Shown piece after piece: positions 46,175 to 56,126 of a DNA stretch of 64,000 bases. Source of the stretch: Lachnospiraceae bacterium (GTDB lineage Bacteria > Bacillota > Clostridia > Lachnospirales > Lachnospiraceae). How positions within the stretch are numbered: position 1 is the first letter of the stretch; the number at the start of each line of letters is the position of its first letter. Made by a program: the position numbers and the translations under genes. The stretch lies in NCBI GenBank assembly GCA_021202335.1, contig JAJQDE010000061.1, forward strand, positions 70,533-134,532, read 5' to 3'. The notes beneath the pieces are model-generated. The model was not told where the DNA came from. It made no database searches and was given only the letters and a program-made list of their open reading frames with translations.

Positions 46175-47740
46175 ATGAGACGATTCAATCACAAAGCAAC
46201 GGCAGCGCTGATGTCTGTGGTTCTGATGGCCTCCGCACTGATCGGCTGCGGAATGGCTGCGGAAAAAACAGCCGTAAGCACGGAAGTGACAAACGAGGTT
46301 TATGAGGCAAACGCTGCCAATAAGGCTAAGACGGTATCAAACGGCACGCCGAAGTACATTTTCTTATTTATTGGCGATGGCATGAGCTATCCTCAGATAC
46401 AGTCAGCTTCATACTATTTGGGAGCAAAGAGCAGTACGGGCGGAGATGTGACGGGCGGAGAGGCGCTGTCATTCATGAATTTCCCGACGGCGGGCTCTGC
46501 GCAGACCTATGACAGCACATCCTTCTGCCCTGATTCCGCGTCGACCGCAACCTCGATTTCCACCGGACATAAGACATACAGCGGAGTAATCAACATGGAT
46601 ACCACAAAGACCGTGGCATATGAAACGGTGGCGGAAAAGCTCAAGTCGCAGTTGGGCTACAAAATCGGCATACTGACAACGGTAAATTTGAACCATGCAA
46701 CGCCGGCGGCCTTTTATGCGCATCAGGCATCAAGAAACAACTATTATGAGATAGCGCAGGAGCTGGTGGCAAGCGGCTTTGATTATTTTGCGGGCGGCGG
46801 TCTTTTAAAGCCGACAGGCGTAAACAAGGATTTGCCGAGCATATATGACGTTGCAGAGGAAGCAGGTTACACAGTAGTCACCACACAGGCTGAAATAGAG
46901 GCAGTGACGGCTGATACGGGAAAAGTCATTGCAATCGATGAGCATCTTGCGGATTCAAGCGCCATGGCATACGAGGTGGACCGCGAGGACGGACAGTGGC
47001 AGTTGGCTGATTATGTGGAGAAGGGCATTGATGTTTTGGACAACGATACAGGCTTCTTCATGATGGTGGAAGGCGGCAAGATTGACTGGGCATGCCATGC
47101 AAACGATGCGGCGGCGACAATTAACGACACAATCGCGTTTGACAGGGCGGTTCAGAAGGCATATGCATTTTATGAGGAGCATCCGGCTGAAACCCTGATT
47201 TTGGTGACGGGCGACCATGAAACGGGCGGTATGACAATCGGCTATGCAGGGACCAATTACGATACATTCTTGAAAAACCTTGAGAACCAGACAATTTCCT
47301 TTGCAAAGTTTGACACGGACTATGTGGCTTCATATAAGGAAAACAACACGCCGTTTGAGCAGGTGCTGGCTGATATTCAGGAGAATTTCGGTTTTGTGGC
47401 TCCGGAAAACGCGGCGCAGGCTAAGGCTGAGGAGCTTGTACTGACTGATTATGAGGTTGAAAAGCTGAAAACCGCATATAAGAGAACCCTCAAGGTCGGA
47501 ACCTCAACCCAAAGTGAAATGACACAGGAGGAGTACGAATTATACGGTACATACGAACCGCTTTCCGTTACGATTACACACATTATGAACAATAAGGCGG
47601 GAGTGTCGTTTACCTCTTATTCGCACACGGGTCTTCCGGTTCCGGTATTTGCAATCGGCAACGGCTCAAGCCTGTTTGAGGGCTACTATGATAACACGGA
47701 TATTTACAACAAGCTTGCCACGCTGACAAGCATAAAATAA
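46175..47740 (+). CDS. Alkaline phosphatase (PhoA family), probable lipoprotein
   Basis: Lipobox LIGC, IGDGM, PDSASTATS (catalytic Ser), HATPA, EGGKIDWACHAND, GDHETGG, HTG.PVPVFA. Confidence 0.92.
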   Translation: MRRFNHKATAALMSVVLMASALIGCGMAAEKTAVSTEVTNEVYEANAANKAKTVSNGTPKYIFLFIGDGMSYPQIQSASYYLGAKSSTGGDVTGGEALSFMNFPTAGSAQTYDSTSFCPDSASTATSISTGHKTYSGVINMDTTKTVAYETVAEKLKSQLGYKIGILTTVNLNHATPAAFYAHQASRNNYYEIAQELVASGFDYFAGGGLLKPTGVNKDLPSIYDVAEEAGYTVVTTQAEIEAVTADTGKVIAIDEHLADSSAMAYEVDREDGQWQLADYVEKGIDVLDNDTGFFMMVEGGKIDWACHANDAAATINDTIAFDRAVQKAYAFYEEHPAETLILVTGDHETGGMTIGYAGTNYDTFLKNLENQTISFAKFDTDYVASYKENNTPFEQVLADIQENFGFVAPENAAQAKAEELVLTDYEVEKLKTAYKRTLKVGTSTQSEMTQEEYELYGTYEPLSVTITHIMNNKAGVSFTSYSHTGLPVPVFAIGNGSSLFEGYYDNTDIYNKLATLTSIK

Positions 47741-47756
47741 AAAACGGAGGCTTCAG

Positions 47757-48899
47757 ATGAAACGGAGATATCAAAAATATATCCTGCCTCATCTGCCTTT
47801 CCTGATATGCGTGATACTGTTATGCGTCCTCATGGCCCTGCCCACGGGCTATGAGGACGCTGTCATTTATCAGGGTACGGACAGATGCAAGGCTAAGGTG
47901 CTGGCGACAGACGAATCCGCAGTAATCCACAGCGGGCTGATACAGTCAGGAGAACAGACCTGTACGGTGCGTTTGCTGGGCGGAAAGTTCAAGGGACAGG
48001 AAACGCAGGCGTATAATCTGCTGACAGGCTCGCTGCAAAACGATAAAATTTTCTCAGAGGGTGATATGGCGCAGGTGGTCATCAGCTATCAGGACGACGC
48101 TATTCTTTCCGTGAATATGATAGACCATTACAGACTCGACAAGGAGCTGATTCTGCTGCTGATTTTTGCCGTGGTGCTGGTGCTGTTTGCAAAGGGAATA
48201 GGCTTGCGCAGTCTGCTGTCCTTTGCCATCTCGGTGCTGTGCATTTGGAAGGTGCTGGTGCCTGCGTGCTTAAACGGCAGCAACCCGGTAGTAACCGGAC
48301 TTGTGTTGATAACGCTGCTGACCGTTGTGATCATTTCCCTTGTATACGGCTATGACAGGCGTTTTCTGGCGGCGACGGCAGGGGTTTTGTTGGGCGTTGT
48401 CACTACATGTATTCTTGGCATTATCTTTACGTTGCTTTTTAAGATACACGGAGCGGTGATGAGCAATTCGGAAAGTCTTTTGTATTCGGGGTATGAGTAT
48501 CTGAACCTGACGGAAATTTTCATGGCGAGCGTATTTATCGGGGCGAGCGGAGCCATTATGGACATTGCCGTGGATATCACGTCTGCGGTAAACGAGGTCG
48601 TGGAAAAGAAGCCGGAGATAGGCAGAAGGGAAGCGGCAATGTCGGGGATACATGTAGGGCGCGCCGCGATGGGAACCATGACGACCACGCTGCTGCTTGC
48701 GTATTCGGGCGGATATCTGGCGCTGCTGATGGTGTTTATGGCGCAGGGAACGCCGGTTTACAATATCCTGAATTATAAATACGTGGCGTAGGAAATCCTG
48801 CACACAATTGTCGGCAGCTTCGGGCTGGTGGCAGTGGCGCCGTTTACCGCGCTTATGAGCGGACTGCTTTTGACGCGCAGACATGATAATCCTCTTTAG
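47757..48899 (+). pseudogene. YibE/F family membrane protein interrupted by an in-frame TAG at 48789-48791
   Basis: GAIMDIAVDI, GTMTTTLLLAYSG. Past the TAG the frame continues EILHTIVGSFGLVAVAPFTAL..., the usual YibE/F C-terminal helix, to a stop at 48897-99. Confidence 0.75.
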
Positions 48900-48999
48900 A
48901 AGCACTTGATATTTCCGACCGATGCGTCTATACTTTTAAACAGAAAAAAGAAATCTTAATTGCACAAACATTGCTTTAGGCGCAAATGGCAGCGCGGAA

Positions 49000-49884
49000 A
49001 TGAGGGAAATGATGAGTCAGAAGAAGGAAATCAGCGGGGAATTGCTGACCGGAGAACGGGCGCTTTTTCAGGGACATGATTTGAAAATAGTTGATAGCAT
49101 TTTTGCGGACGGGGAATCTCCGCTTAAGGAAAGCAGGGATATTGAGCTTTACGGCTGTATGTTCAAATGGAAATATCCGCTTTGGTACTCAAAAAATATT
49201 ACGGTCAAAAACAGCACATGGTTTGAGCAGGGGCGGGCAGGCGTGTGGTACACGGACAAAATCACTGCGGAGGACTGCGCGGTTGAGGCGCCGAAAAATT
49301 TTCGCCGCTGTAATGACGTTACCCTTCGCAACGTGTCCTTCCCGAACGCGGCGGAAACGCTTTGGAGCTGCCGCGGCGTTTTGATGGAGCAGGTGATGGC
49401 AAAGGGAGATTACTTTGCGATGAACAGCGCGGATATGGTTATCCGGGGGCTTACGCTTTACGGCAATTATCCCTTTGACGGAGCGGAGAATGTGGAAATC
49501 CGCAATTCCCGTCTGCTGTCTAAGGACGCTTTTTGGAACAGCGCAAACGTCACGGTGTACGACTCCTTTATTTCAGGGGAATATCTGGGGTGGAACGCTA
49601 AAAACCTGACCTTTGTAAATTGCACCATAGAGAGCCTGCAGGGCTTGTGCTACATAGATAATCTGGTGATGAAAAACGGCAGACTGCTGAACACGACCCT
49701 GGCGTTTGAGTATTCTACCGTTGACGCTCAGATTGACAGTCAGATTGACAGTGTGATAAACCCGAGCGGCGGGACAATCCGCGCCGAATCCATCGGGGAG
49801 CTGATTATGGAACGGGATAAGATTGACCCGGACAAGACAACTATTGTCTGCCGGCAGCAGCCGGCAAAAAACGAGTGCGTATGA
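49000..49884 (+). CDS. DUF3737 family protein (beta-helix-like repeats)
   Basis: GERALF, GESPLKES, WKYPLW, SKDAFWN, GEYLGW, QGLCY, LAFEYS. Confidence 0.85.
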   Translation: MREMMSQKKEISGELLTGERALFQGHDLKIVDSIFADGESPLKESRDIELYGCMFKWKYPLWYSKNITVKNSTWFEQGRAGVWYTDKITAEDCAVEAPKNFRRCNDVTLRNVSFPNAAETLWSCRGVLMEQVMAKGDYFAMNSADMVIRGLTLYGNYPFDGAENVEIRNSRLLSKDAFWNSANVTVYDSFISGEYLGWNAKNLTFVNCTIESLQGLCYIDNLVMKNGRLLNTTLAFEYSTVDAQIDSQIDSVINPSGGTIRAESIGELIMERDKIDPDKTTIVCRQQPAKNECV

Positions 49885-49897
49885 AGGAGGCAGACGG

Positions 49898-51067
49898 GTG
49901 AATTACGATTTTGACAAGCCGGTAAACAGAAGAAACACAAATTCTCTCAAATGGAACGTGGGAGAAAACGAGCTTCCCATGTGGGTGGCGGATATGGACT
50001 TTGAAACCGCGCCGGAAATCCGCGAGGCAATCATGGAAAGGGCGGCGCACGGAGTGTTCGGCTACACGGATATTCCCAAGGAATGGTACCGGGCATACAC
50101 GGATTGGTGGGAGAAGCGCCACGGCCTTGCTATGCAGGAGGAGTGGCTGATTTTCTGCACGGGAATAGTCCCTGCCATCTCAAGCATTGTGCGCAAGCTG
50201 ACTACGCCGGCGGAAAAGGTGCTGCTTCAGACACCGGTCTACAACATCTTTTTTAATTCCATTGTAAATAACGGGCGGGAGGTTCTGCAAAGCCCTCTGC
50301 TTTATGATGGGAACGAGTACCGGATTGACTTTGAGGATTTGGAGCGCAGGCTTGCGGATCCGCAGACTGCAATGATGATTTTGTGCAATCCGCACAATCC
50401 CATAGGAAAAATATGGGAGCGGGAAACGTTGGAGCGGATTGGCGAGCTGTGCATGAAGCACCATGTGATTGTCGTGTCTGATGAAATCCATTGCGATCTG
50501 ACGGCTCCCGGTCGTGAATATATCCCGTTTGCATCGGTGTCCGAGGCATGCCGTGAGATCGGCATTACCTGTATTGCTCCGACCAAGACGTTTAATCTGG
50601 CGGGATTGCAGACGGCGGCTGTCGCCGTGCCGAATGAAGCGCTGCGCCACAAGGTTTGGCGCGGACTCAACACGGACGAGGCGGCGGAGCCGAACGCTTT
50701 TGCGATGGGCGCTGCGATAGCGGCATTTACCAAGGGGGCTGCTTGGCTGGACGCGCTTCGCGCATATATTCATGAAAATAAAGAAACGGCCGTGCAGTAT
50801 GCGGCAGAGCATATCCCGCAGCTTAAAATCGTTCCGTCCGAGGCGACCTATCTGCTGTGGCTGGATATCGGGGCGCTGACTGAGGACAGCGCGCAGGCGG
50901 CACGTTTTATCAGGGAACGGACGGGACTTTATTTATCCGAGGGCAGTCAGTTTGGCGGAAACGGCGCCCGTTTTTTGCGCATGAACACGGCGTGTCCGCG
51001 ACATGTGCTTTTGGATGGCATGGAGCGTCTTAAGAGAGGACTTGCGCTTTTTGTGGATATTTCATAA
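49898..51067 (+). CDS. patB: MalY/PatB family PLP C-S lyase/aminotransferase
   Basis: YDFD...R.T.SLKW, PMWVADMDF, LCNPHNP, SDEIHCD, APTKTFNLAG, RMNTACP. GTG start. Confidence 0.9.
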   Translation: MNYDFDKPVNRRNTNSLKWNVGENELPMWVADMDFETAPEIREAIMERAAHGVFGYTDIPKEWYRAYTDWWEKRHGLAMQEEWLIFCTGIVPAISSIVRKLTTPAEKVLLQTPVYNIFFNSIVNNGREVLQSPLLYDGNEYRIDFEDLERRLADPQTAMMILCNPHNPIGKIWERETLERIGELCMKHHVIVVSDEIHCDLTAPGREYIPFASVSEACREIGITCIAPTKTFNLAGLQTAAVAVPNEALRHKVWRGLNTDEAAEPNAFAMGAAIAAFTKGAAWLDALRAYIHENKETAVQYAAEHIPQLKIVPSEATYLLWLDIGALTEDSAQAARFIRERTGLYLSEGSQFGGNGARFLRMNTACPRHVLLDGMERLKRGLALFVDIS

Positions 51068-51075
51068 AAATATTA

Positions 51076-51104
51076 TTGAAAGTGGTTGAAAATTGAGCTA
51101 TAAG
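51076..51104 (+). promoter_or_regulatory. Possible sigma-A promoter of the MCP gene
   Basis: TTGAAA-17-TATAAG. Confidence 0.35.
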
Positions 51105-51150
51105 GTGCATATGACTCATAAAAAATAAAACTTAAGAAGGAGAAGTGCAT

Positions 51151-52716
51151 ATGAAACTCAAAACAAAATTAATGATGCTGGTTATAGTTCCCATCGTCGT
51201 GCTGGGTTTGGGACTTGCCATTATAGCTTACAACATGGCGGAGAACTCTCTTGTCGACAGCATTGAGGCGCAGCTGCAGATTGCCTGTGAGGGATACACG
51301 GACGATTTATATGCCTTTCAGCTGCAGAATATAGACATCACGGTGTTTGAGGGAGATACGCGAGTGGCAAGCTCGATAGACGGCGTGGTAGGAACGAAGG
51401 CTTCCGATGCCGTTATTGAAGCCGTGTGGCAGAATAAGGAAACATATTTCAGCAGGAATGCGGACGTGAACGGCACTCCGTATTACGGCTTCTACATACC
51501 CGTGGACGACGGGATGCTTTTTGCAGGCAAGCCGCAGGCGACAGTAAAGAGCGAGCTGAACAGCCTGCTGCGCGTGATACTTATCTGTGCGATAGTGCTT
51601 GTGATAATAGCGGCGGTAGTTGCATATATTGTGGCGAATATACTGGTGAAGGCAATCGTTGCGGTTGAAACCCTTGTGGGAAAGGTTGCAGACGGCGACC
51701 TCACGACGAAGATGGACGAGCGCAAGGGCAGGGACGAAATCAGCGTGATTTGGAATTCCGTCAGAACCATGCTTGGAAACCTGACGCGGATAGCGACCGA
51801 ATCAAAGAATGTCAGCAAGGATGTGTATGCGTCGTCTACAGAGCTTCACAGAACATCATCGTCAACGCTTCGCGCCTGTGAGGAAATTTCAAAGGCGATT
51901 GAGGATGTGGCGCAGAACAACACAAGTCAGGCGGGCGTTGCATCGGATATAACAGCGGAAATCGGAATTATGCAGGAAAAGACGGCTGATATCTCCGAGT
52001 GCGTTACGGGGATTGAGGGCTGTTCGACAATTTTGGTGGACAACTGCAACGATATGCGGGTTAAGATTGCGGACACGCAGAAGAACAGCAGCATGATGTC
52101 CGAGAGCGTAATCCGGATTAAGGATAAGATTGATGAAACGAACAAGGTTATAGCAAAGATGTCTGAAATCCTTGTAGGCATTGAGGATATCGCGTCACAG
52201 ACAAAGCTGCTGTCGCTGAACGCTTCCATAGAGGCTGCAAGGGCAGGGGAGCTTGGCAAGGGCTTCAGCGTTGTCGCAGACAATATCCGCACGCTGTCGG
52301 AGAACACGGCGCAGGAGCTTGTCCGTATTAAGGATATCATCCAAAACATAACGGGCGACTTTAAGGCATGCGCGGAGAGCATTGACGTGGCGGTAAAGAA
52401 CAATGAGGAAAGCTCAAAGAGTATTTCGCAGGTTATCAGCTCATTTGAAGCGGTGGACAACGCGATTCAGGACACCTCAAGGCAGGTGCAGCTTATCAGC
52501 GCAGCAGTCGAGGAAACGAATACGCAGCTCCAGGGCGTGTCGCATGATATCGTTACCTTGGGGCAGGCGTCGGAGAGCAACGCGGCAGCCAGCGAGGAGG
52601 TCAACGCATCCGTTGAGGAGCTGACCGCGCTGATGAATTCCGTGGATGAAAGCTCGTCGGCATTGACGCGCGAGGCGCAGGTGCTTGAGGAAGTGCTGAA
52701 AATATTTAAGCTGTAA
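51151..52716 (+). CDS. Methyl-accepting chemotaxis protein (Cache-like sensor, HAMP, MA domain)
   Basis: Two TMs, [34 protein letters not shown]. Confidence 0.93.
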   Translation: MKLKTKLMMLVIVPIVVLGLGLAIIAYNMAENSLVDSIEAQLQIACEGYTDDLYAFQLQNIDITVFEGDTRVASSIDGVVGTKASDAVIEAVWQNKETYFSRNADVNGTPYYGFYIPVDDGMLFAGKPQATVKSELNSLLRVILICAIVLVIIAAVVAYIVANILVKAIVAVETLVGKVADGDLTTKMDERKGRDEISVIWNSVRTMLGNLTRIATESKNVSKDVYASSTELHRTSSSTLRACEEISKAIEDVAQNNTSQAGVASDITAEIGIMQEKTADISECVTGIEGCSTILVDNCNDMRVKIADTQKNSSMMSESVIRIKDKIDETNKVIAKMSEILVGIEDIASQTKLLSLNASIEAARAGELGKGFSVVADNIRTLSENTAQELVRIKDIIQNITGDFKACAESIDVAVKNNEESSKSISQVISSFEAVDNAIQDTSRQVQLISAAVEETNTQLQGVSHDIVTLGQASESNAAASEEVNASVEELTALMNSVDESSSALTREAQVLEEVLKIFKL

Positions 52717-52731
52717 ATAAGATTGTAATAC

Positions 52732-52785
52732 AAAACCCGGGCGAACCGATGCGGTATAAAACCACATCGGTTCGCCCGGGCTTTT
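52732..52785. terminator. Bidirectional terminator between mcp and buk
   Basis: aaaacccgggcgaaccgatg / catcggttcgcccgggctttt stem with A and T tails. Confidence 0.9.
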
Positions 52786-52820
52786 ATTGTATGGGAAGGC
52801 GGTGCTATATATGCACCTGC

Positions 52821-53888
52821 TTAATATTCCCGTACATTCTCCTCGCCGTTCATAACGCGCAGCGCCCCCTGTGCGAGAGCAAGCAGCTCGTCCTCGCCGG
52901 GATATACCGTGAACGGGGCAATCCATTCCGCGCGCTCCTTGAGAGTCGCAACCACGTCCGCGGCGTATGAGATACCGCCGGTAACGATAATTTGGTCTAC
53001 CCTGCCGTTCAGAACGCACGCCATTGAGCCGATATCCTTTGACACCTGCAGCAGGAATGCCTCTTTCGCCTCGGCAGCCTTTTCGTTGCCCTCGGCAGCC
53101 ATTTTTGACACCTCGCGCATGTCGTTCGTGCCAAGGTATGCGTTGAAGCCGCCTTTGCCGATGAGCTTGCCGTATATCTCCTTTTCGGTGTATTTTCCCG
53201 AGAAGCACATTTTGACAAGCGCGCCGCAGGGAACACCGCCCGCGCGCTCGGGAGAGAAAGCACCGTCGCCGTCAAAGGCGCTGAACACGTCGATTACCCT
53301 TCCTCCCTCATGCGCTCCGACAGATACGCCGCCGCCCATATGGACAACGATTAAACGAAGCGACTCGTAAGGCTTGCCGATTTCCTTTGCATATCTTTTT
53401 GCCACTGCTTTTTGGTTCAGCGCATGGAAAATGCTGCCGCGCGGAATTTCGGGCATGCCGGAATATCTTGCAATCGGCATCAGCTCGTCAACCACAACAG
53501 GGTCAACTATATATGCGGGCACTCCGATGGAATCGGCAAGCTCTCTTGCCAAAATGCCGCCGAGATTGGACGCGTGCTGTCCCTGCACGCCGATTTTTAA
53601 GTCCTCAAGCAGCGTGTCAGTCACCGCGTATGTACCGCCGGGAATCGGCTTAAGCATACCGCCGCGCCCAACTATCACGTCAAGCGACTTAAGATCAAAA
53701 TTTTTCCTGTCTAATAAGTCCGTGATGATTTTCTTCCGGAAATCCTTCTGCTCCACAATGGTATTATATTGCGATATTTCCTCTGTTGAGTGCCTTAAGG
53801 TTTCCTCAAACAACAGGGTTTCGTCCTCGAAAACACCGATTTTGGTGGAGGTGGAACCCGGGTTTATGATTAAGCTTTTGATTGACAT
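52821..53888 (-). CDS. buk: Butyrate kinase
   Basis: [47 protein letters not shown]. Confidence 0.96.
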   Translation of the reverse strand: MSIKSLIINPGSTSTKIGVFEDETLLFEETLRHSTEEISQYNTIVEQKDFRKKIITDLLDRKNFDLKSLDVIVGRGGMLKPIPGGTYAVTDTLLEDLKIGVQGQHASNLGGILARELADSIGVPAYIVDPVVVDELMPIARYSGMPEIPRGSIFHALNQKAVAKRYAKEIGKPYESLRLIVVHMGGGVSVGAHEGGRVIDVFSAFDGDGAFSPERAGGVPCGALVKMCFSGKYTEKEIYGKLIGKGGFNAYLGTNDMREVSKMAAEGNEKAAEAKEAFLLQVSKDIGSMACVLNGRVDQIIVTGGISYAADVVATLKERAEWIAPFTVYPGEDELLALAQGALRVMNGEENVREY

Positions 53889-53909
53889 ATTTATCCTCCC
53901 ATTCATTAT

Positions 53910-54827
53910 TTATTTCTGACGCATTGCTTCAGCGACAACTGCCGCAAGCGCGATGGAATTGAGCTTTGCCTCAAAGGAATCGGAGCGCGAGGTCAGAATG
54001 ACGGGAGCTGCGGTGCCTGTAAGTATATTGCCGTTTTTCACCTCGCACAGATGCGTCAGCACCTTGTACACAAGGTTGCCCGCGTGGATATCCGGGAAAA
54101 GAAGCACATCGGCGTCGCCCGCGATTTGTCTGCCCGTGCCGCCCTTGTGGGAAGCAGCCTCCCTGTCGATTGCCATATCCATAGAGAGAGGACCGTCGAT
54201 AATACAGCCTGTGATTTTGCCCTCGGCGTTCATTTTGGTAAGCTCATCGGCGTCAACGGTGCAGGGCATCTTGGGATTGACGACCTCAACCGCCGCGACC
54301 GGCGCAACCTTAGGCTCTGCGATGCCGCATGCGTGGCAGACCTCAACGGTATTGTTGATGATGGCGACCTTGTCCTCCAGCGTGGGATAGGTCATAAACG
54401 CAACGTCGGATAAGAATAAAAGACGGTCAATGCCCTTTACCTCAAACACGCACACATGTGACAGCGCCCTGCCCGTGCGAAGCCCGACCTCCTTGTCCAG
54501 CACGCTTTTCAGGAAGCTCTTGGTATCGATAAGCCCCTTCATGTACATGTCAGCCTTGCCGTCATGAACCAGCTTTACGGCAGTGCGGGCAGCCGCAACA
54601 GGCTCCTCCTCATTGATAATCGTAAAGCCTGTCAAATCCATTCCGATTGATGCGGCAGCTGCACGTATCTTTTCCTCGCTGCCGACAAGAATGGCGTCTG
54701 CAATATTCTTCTGCTTTGCGGCTCTTACTGCCTCCAAAACCGGCTCGTCCTCGGCGACTGCCACCGCTACGGTCTTGAGGCTGCATTCCGAAACCTTTTT
54801 CAGTAAATCTTCAAAACCTTTACTCAT
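53910..54827 (-). CDS. ptb: Phosphate butyryltransferase
   Basis: MKGLIDT, LSHV, DGPLSMD.AI, PDIHAGN, LTSRSDS. Upstream of buk. Confidence 0.93.
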   Translation of the reverse strand: MSKGFEDLLKKVSECSLKTVAVAVAEDEPVLEAVRAAKQKNIADAILVGSEEKIRAAAASIGMDLTGFTIINEEEPVAAARTAVKLVHDGKADMYMKGLIDTKSFLKSVLDKEVGLRTGRALSHVCVFEVKGIDRLLFLSDVAFMTYPTLEDKVAIINNTVEVCHACGIAEPKVAPVAAVEVVNPKMPCTVDADELTKMNAEGKITGCIIDGPLSMDMAIDREAASHKGGTGRQIAGDADVLLFPDIHAGNLVYKVLTHLCEVKNGNILTGTAAPVILTSRSDSFEAKLNSIALAAVVAEAMRQK

Positions 54828-54898
54828 TTCAATCCTCCATGCCGCCTATGGCGGCTCAAATAGAAATAAAAATAAAAATCGTTACATAGTCCGTTAAA

Positions 54899-54927
54899 AT
54901 AATAACACTTCATAAAAACATGGTCAA
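54899..54927 (-). promoter_or_regulatory. Possible sigma-A promoter of ptb-buk
   Basis: Minus strand TTGACC-17-TATTTT with TG extension. Confidence 0.45.
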
Positions 54928-54942
54928 GTAAATCCTTTCCTG

Positions 54943-54995
54943 TTTTATCATATAGGAAAGTTCGTCCTATACGATAAAACGCTCCGCGCAGATGC
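54943..54995. repeat. Dispersed ~55 bp palindromic (REP-like) element, copy 2
   Basis: ttttatcatatagg-aaagttcgt-cctatacgataaaa-cgctccgcgcagatgc, cf. 32470-32523. Confidence 0.85.
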
Positions 54996-54999
54996 TTTG

Positions 55000-55890
55000 T
55001 TAAATCCGTTTTTCGCGGCGGAAGGCTCCGCCGAAATGGAGTCTGCGGATAGGCTTTTCGCCGCGGTGCGAAACCCTTCCGTCATTTGCCGCGTCCACAA
55101 GAAAGCGATAGACCTGCAGCCGCTTTTTTTCATAATCCTCCTCGTCGTAGACATTTTTGTAGAAATTATTGTAATATTCAAAAACCATCAGCTTCATTTT
55201 AACGGTTTTGCTGATGCTCATGCCTTGGCAGGAAAGGGAACCCTTGGTCTTTACGTAGTAGTAGATTGGAATCCGCAGCGCGTAAAATATGTTGGCATGC
55301 AGGATATATTCCAGATTAAAGAGAAAGTCCTCGCACCAACTGATTGAGGCGTCCATGCGGAGCCGGTATTTTTCGATTAAATCCCTGCGGAAAAGCTTGT
55401 TCCAAAGCACGCCGTAATAGAAATCCGCAGGATTTTCCATCATGTGCCGGGCAAATTCCTCCCTTGTCAGTATGCCGTCCTCTTTGATATCGCCCTTGTG
55501 GGAAACGCGTTCGCCGACTACGCGGTAAAAATCCGCGATAACCATGTCGCAGTTAAATTCCGCTGCGGCGCACACCAAAAGTCCTGTCGCATCGGGAGTA
55601 ATCCAGTCGTCGCTGTCGATGAATTGGATATAAGTGCCTGCGGCATTGCTGATGGCGATATTGCGCGTGTCGGAAACGCCGGTATTTTCCTTGTGTATGA
55701 CCCGGATGCGGGAATCCTTTGCCGCGTACTTATCGCAGATGGCGCCGGAGGAATCCGTGCTCCCGTCGTCTGCAAGGATTAACTCAAAGTCGGTATATTC
55801 CTGATTGATGATGCTGTCGACACACCGCCTGAGATAATTCTCCGCATTGCGGATGGGAACGATGATACTGACTGTCGGTTTTATGCTCAT
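55000..55890 (-). CDS. GT2 family glycosyltransferase, possibly C-terminally truncated
   Basis: VSIIVPIRN, ADDGSTD, GVSDTRN, FIDSDD, LWNKLFRR, EDFLFN. The last ~25 codons run through GC-rich mini-hairpins. Confidence 0.8.
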   Translation of the reverse strand: MSIKPTVSIIVPIRNAENYLRRCVDSIINQEYTDFELILADDGSTDSSGAICDKYAAKDSRIRVIHKENTGVSDTRNIAISNAAGTYIQFIDSDDWITPDATGLLVCAAAEFNCDMVIADFYRVVGERVSHKGDIKEDGILTREEFARHMMENPADFYYGVLWNKLFRRDLIEKYRLRMDASISWCEDFLFNLEYILHANIFYALRIPIYYYVKTKGSLSCQGMSISKTVKMKLMVFEYYNNFYKNVYDEEDYEKKRLQVYRFLVDAANDGRVSHRGEKPIRRLHFGGAFRREKRI

Positions 55891-55957
55891 TGCATCCAAT
55901 GCTTATCACCCTATATATTGTATTCGGCTCTGACGCAACGCACAGCCTGTTAAAATA

Positions 55958-55983
55958 GTAGCACTTTCAAAAAAAGCGGTCAA
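55958..55983 (-). promoter_or_regulatory. Probable sigma-A promoter of the GT2 gene (approximate bounds)
   Basis: Minus strand TTGACC-17-TACTAT with TG extension. Confidence 0.5.
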
Positions 55984-56071
55984 GCAAATCAGGCAAAAAG
56001 AGAAATACCGGCTCAAAACGGTGGACTTGTCTGCGAAAATGGAATACAATGTTTTTTATCGGAGAAAATTA

Positions 56072-56098
56072 ACGCCGCGCCCTTTGCAGCATATATTA
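56072..56098 (+). promoter_or_regulatory. Sigma-K-like sporulation promoter
   Basis: AC-16 nt-CATATATTA matches the B. subtilis sigma-K consensus AC-n16/17-CATAnnnT and lies about 30 nt upstream of a Csp-type gene. Confidence 0.5.
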
Positions 56099-56126
56099 TA
56101 ACAACAATCCGGTTGCGAGGGAAAAG

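Noticed and set aside
48789-48791. Pyrrolysine recoding of the TAG in YibE/F
   Set aside because: No pyl genes or methylamine methyltransferases are in the window, and a nearby TAA lesion points to mutation or error instead.
49729-49752. 12-bp tandem duplication (cagattgacagt x2) in DUF3737
   Set aside because: In frame, only two copies, and in a naturally repetitive protein. No sign of a switch.
52477-53208. 243-aa minus-strand ORF spanning the mcp end, terminator and buk
   Set aside because: It crosses a strong bidirectional terminator and two real genes and has no motifs.
54890-55986. Sequence resemblance between the ptb and GT2 promoter regions (cttgacc...tgaa.gtg...tattttaac)
   Set aside because: It is explained by shared sigma-A consensus and AT-rich spacers, and is too short to call a duplication.
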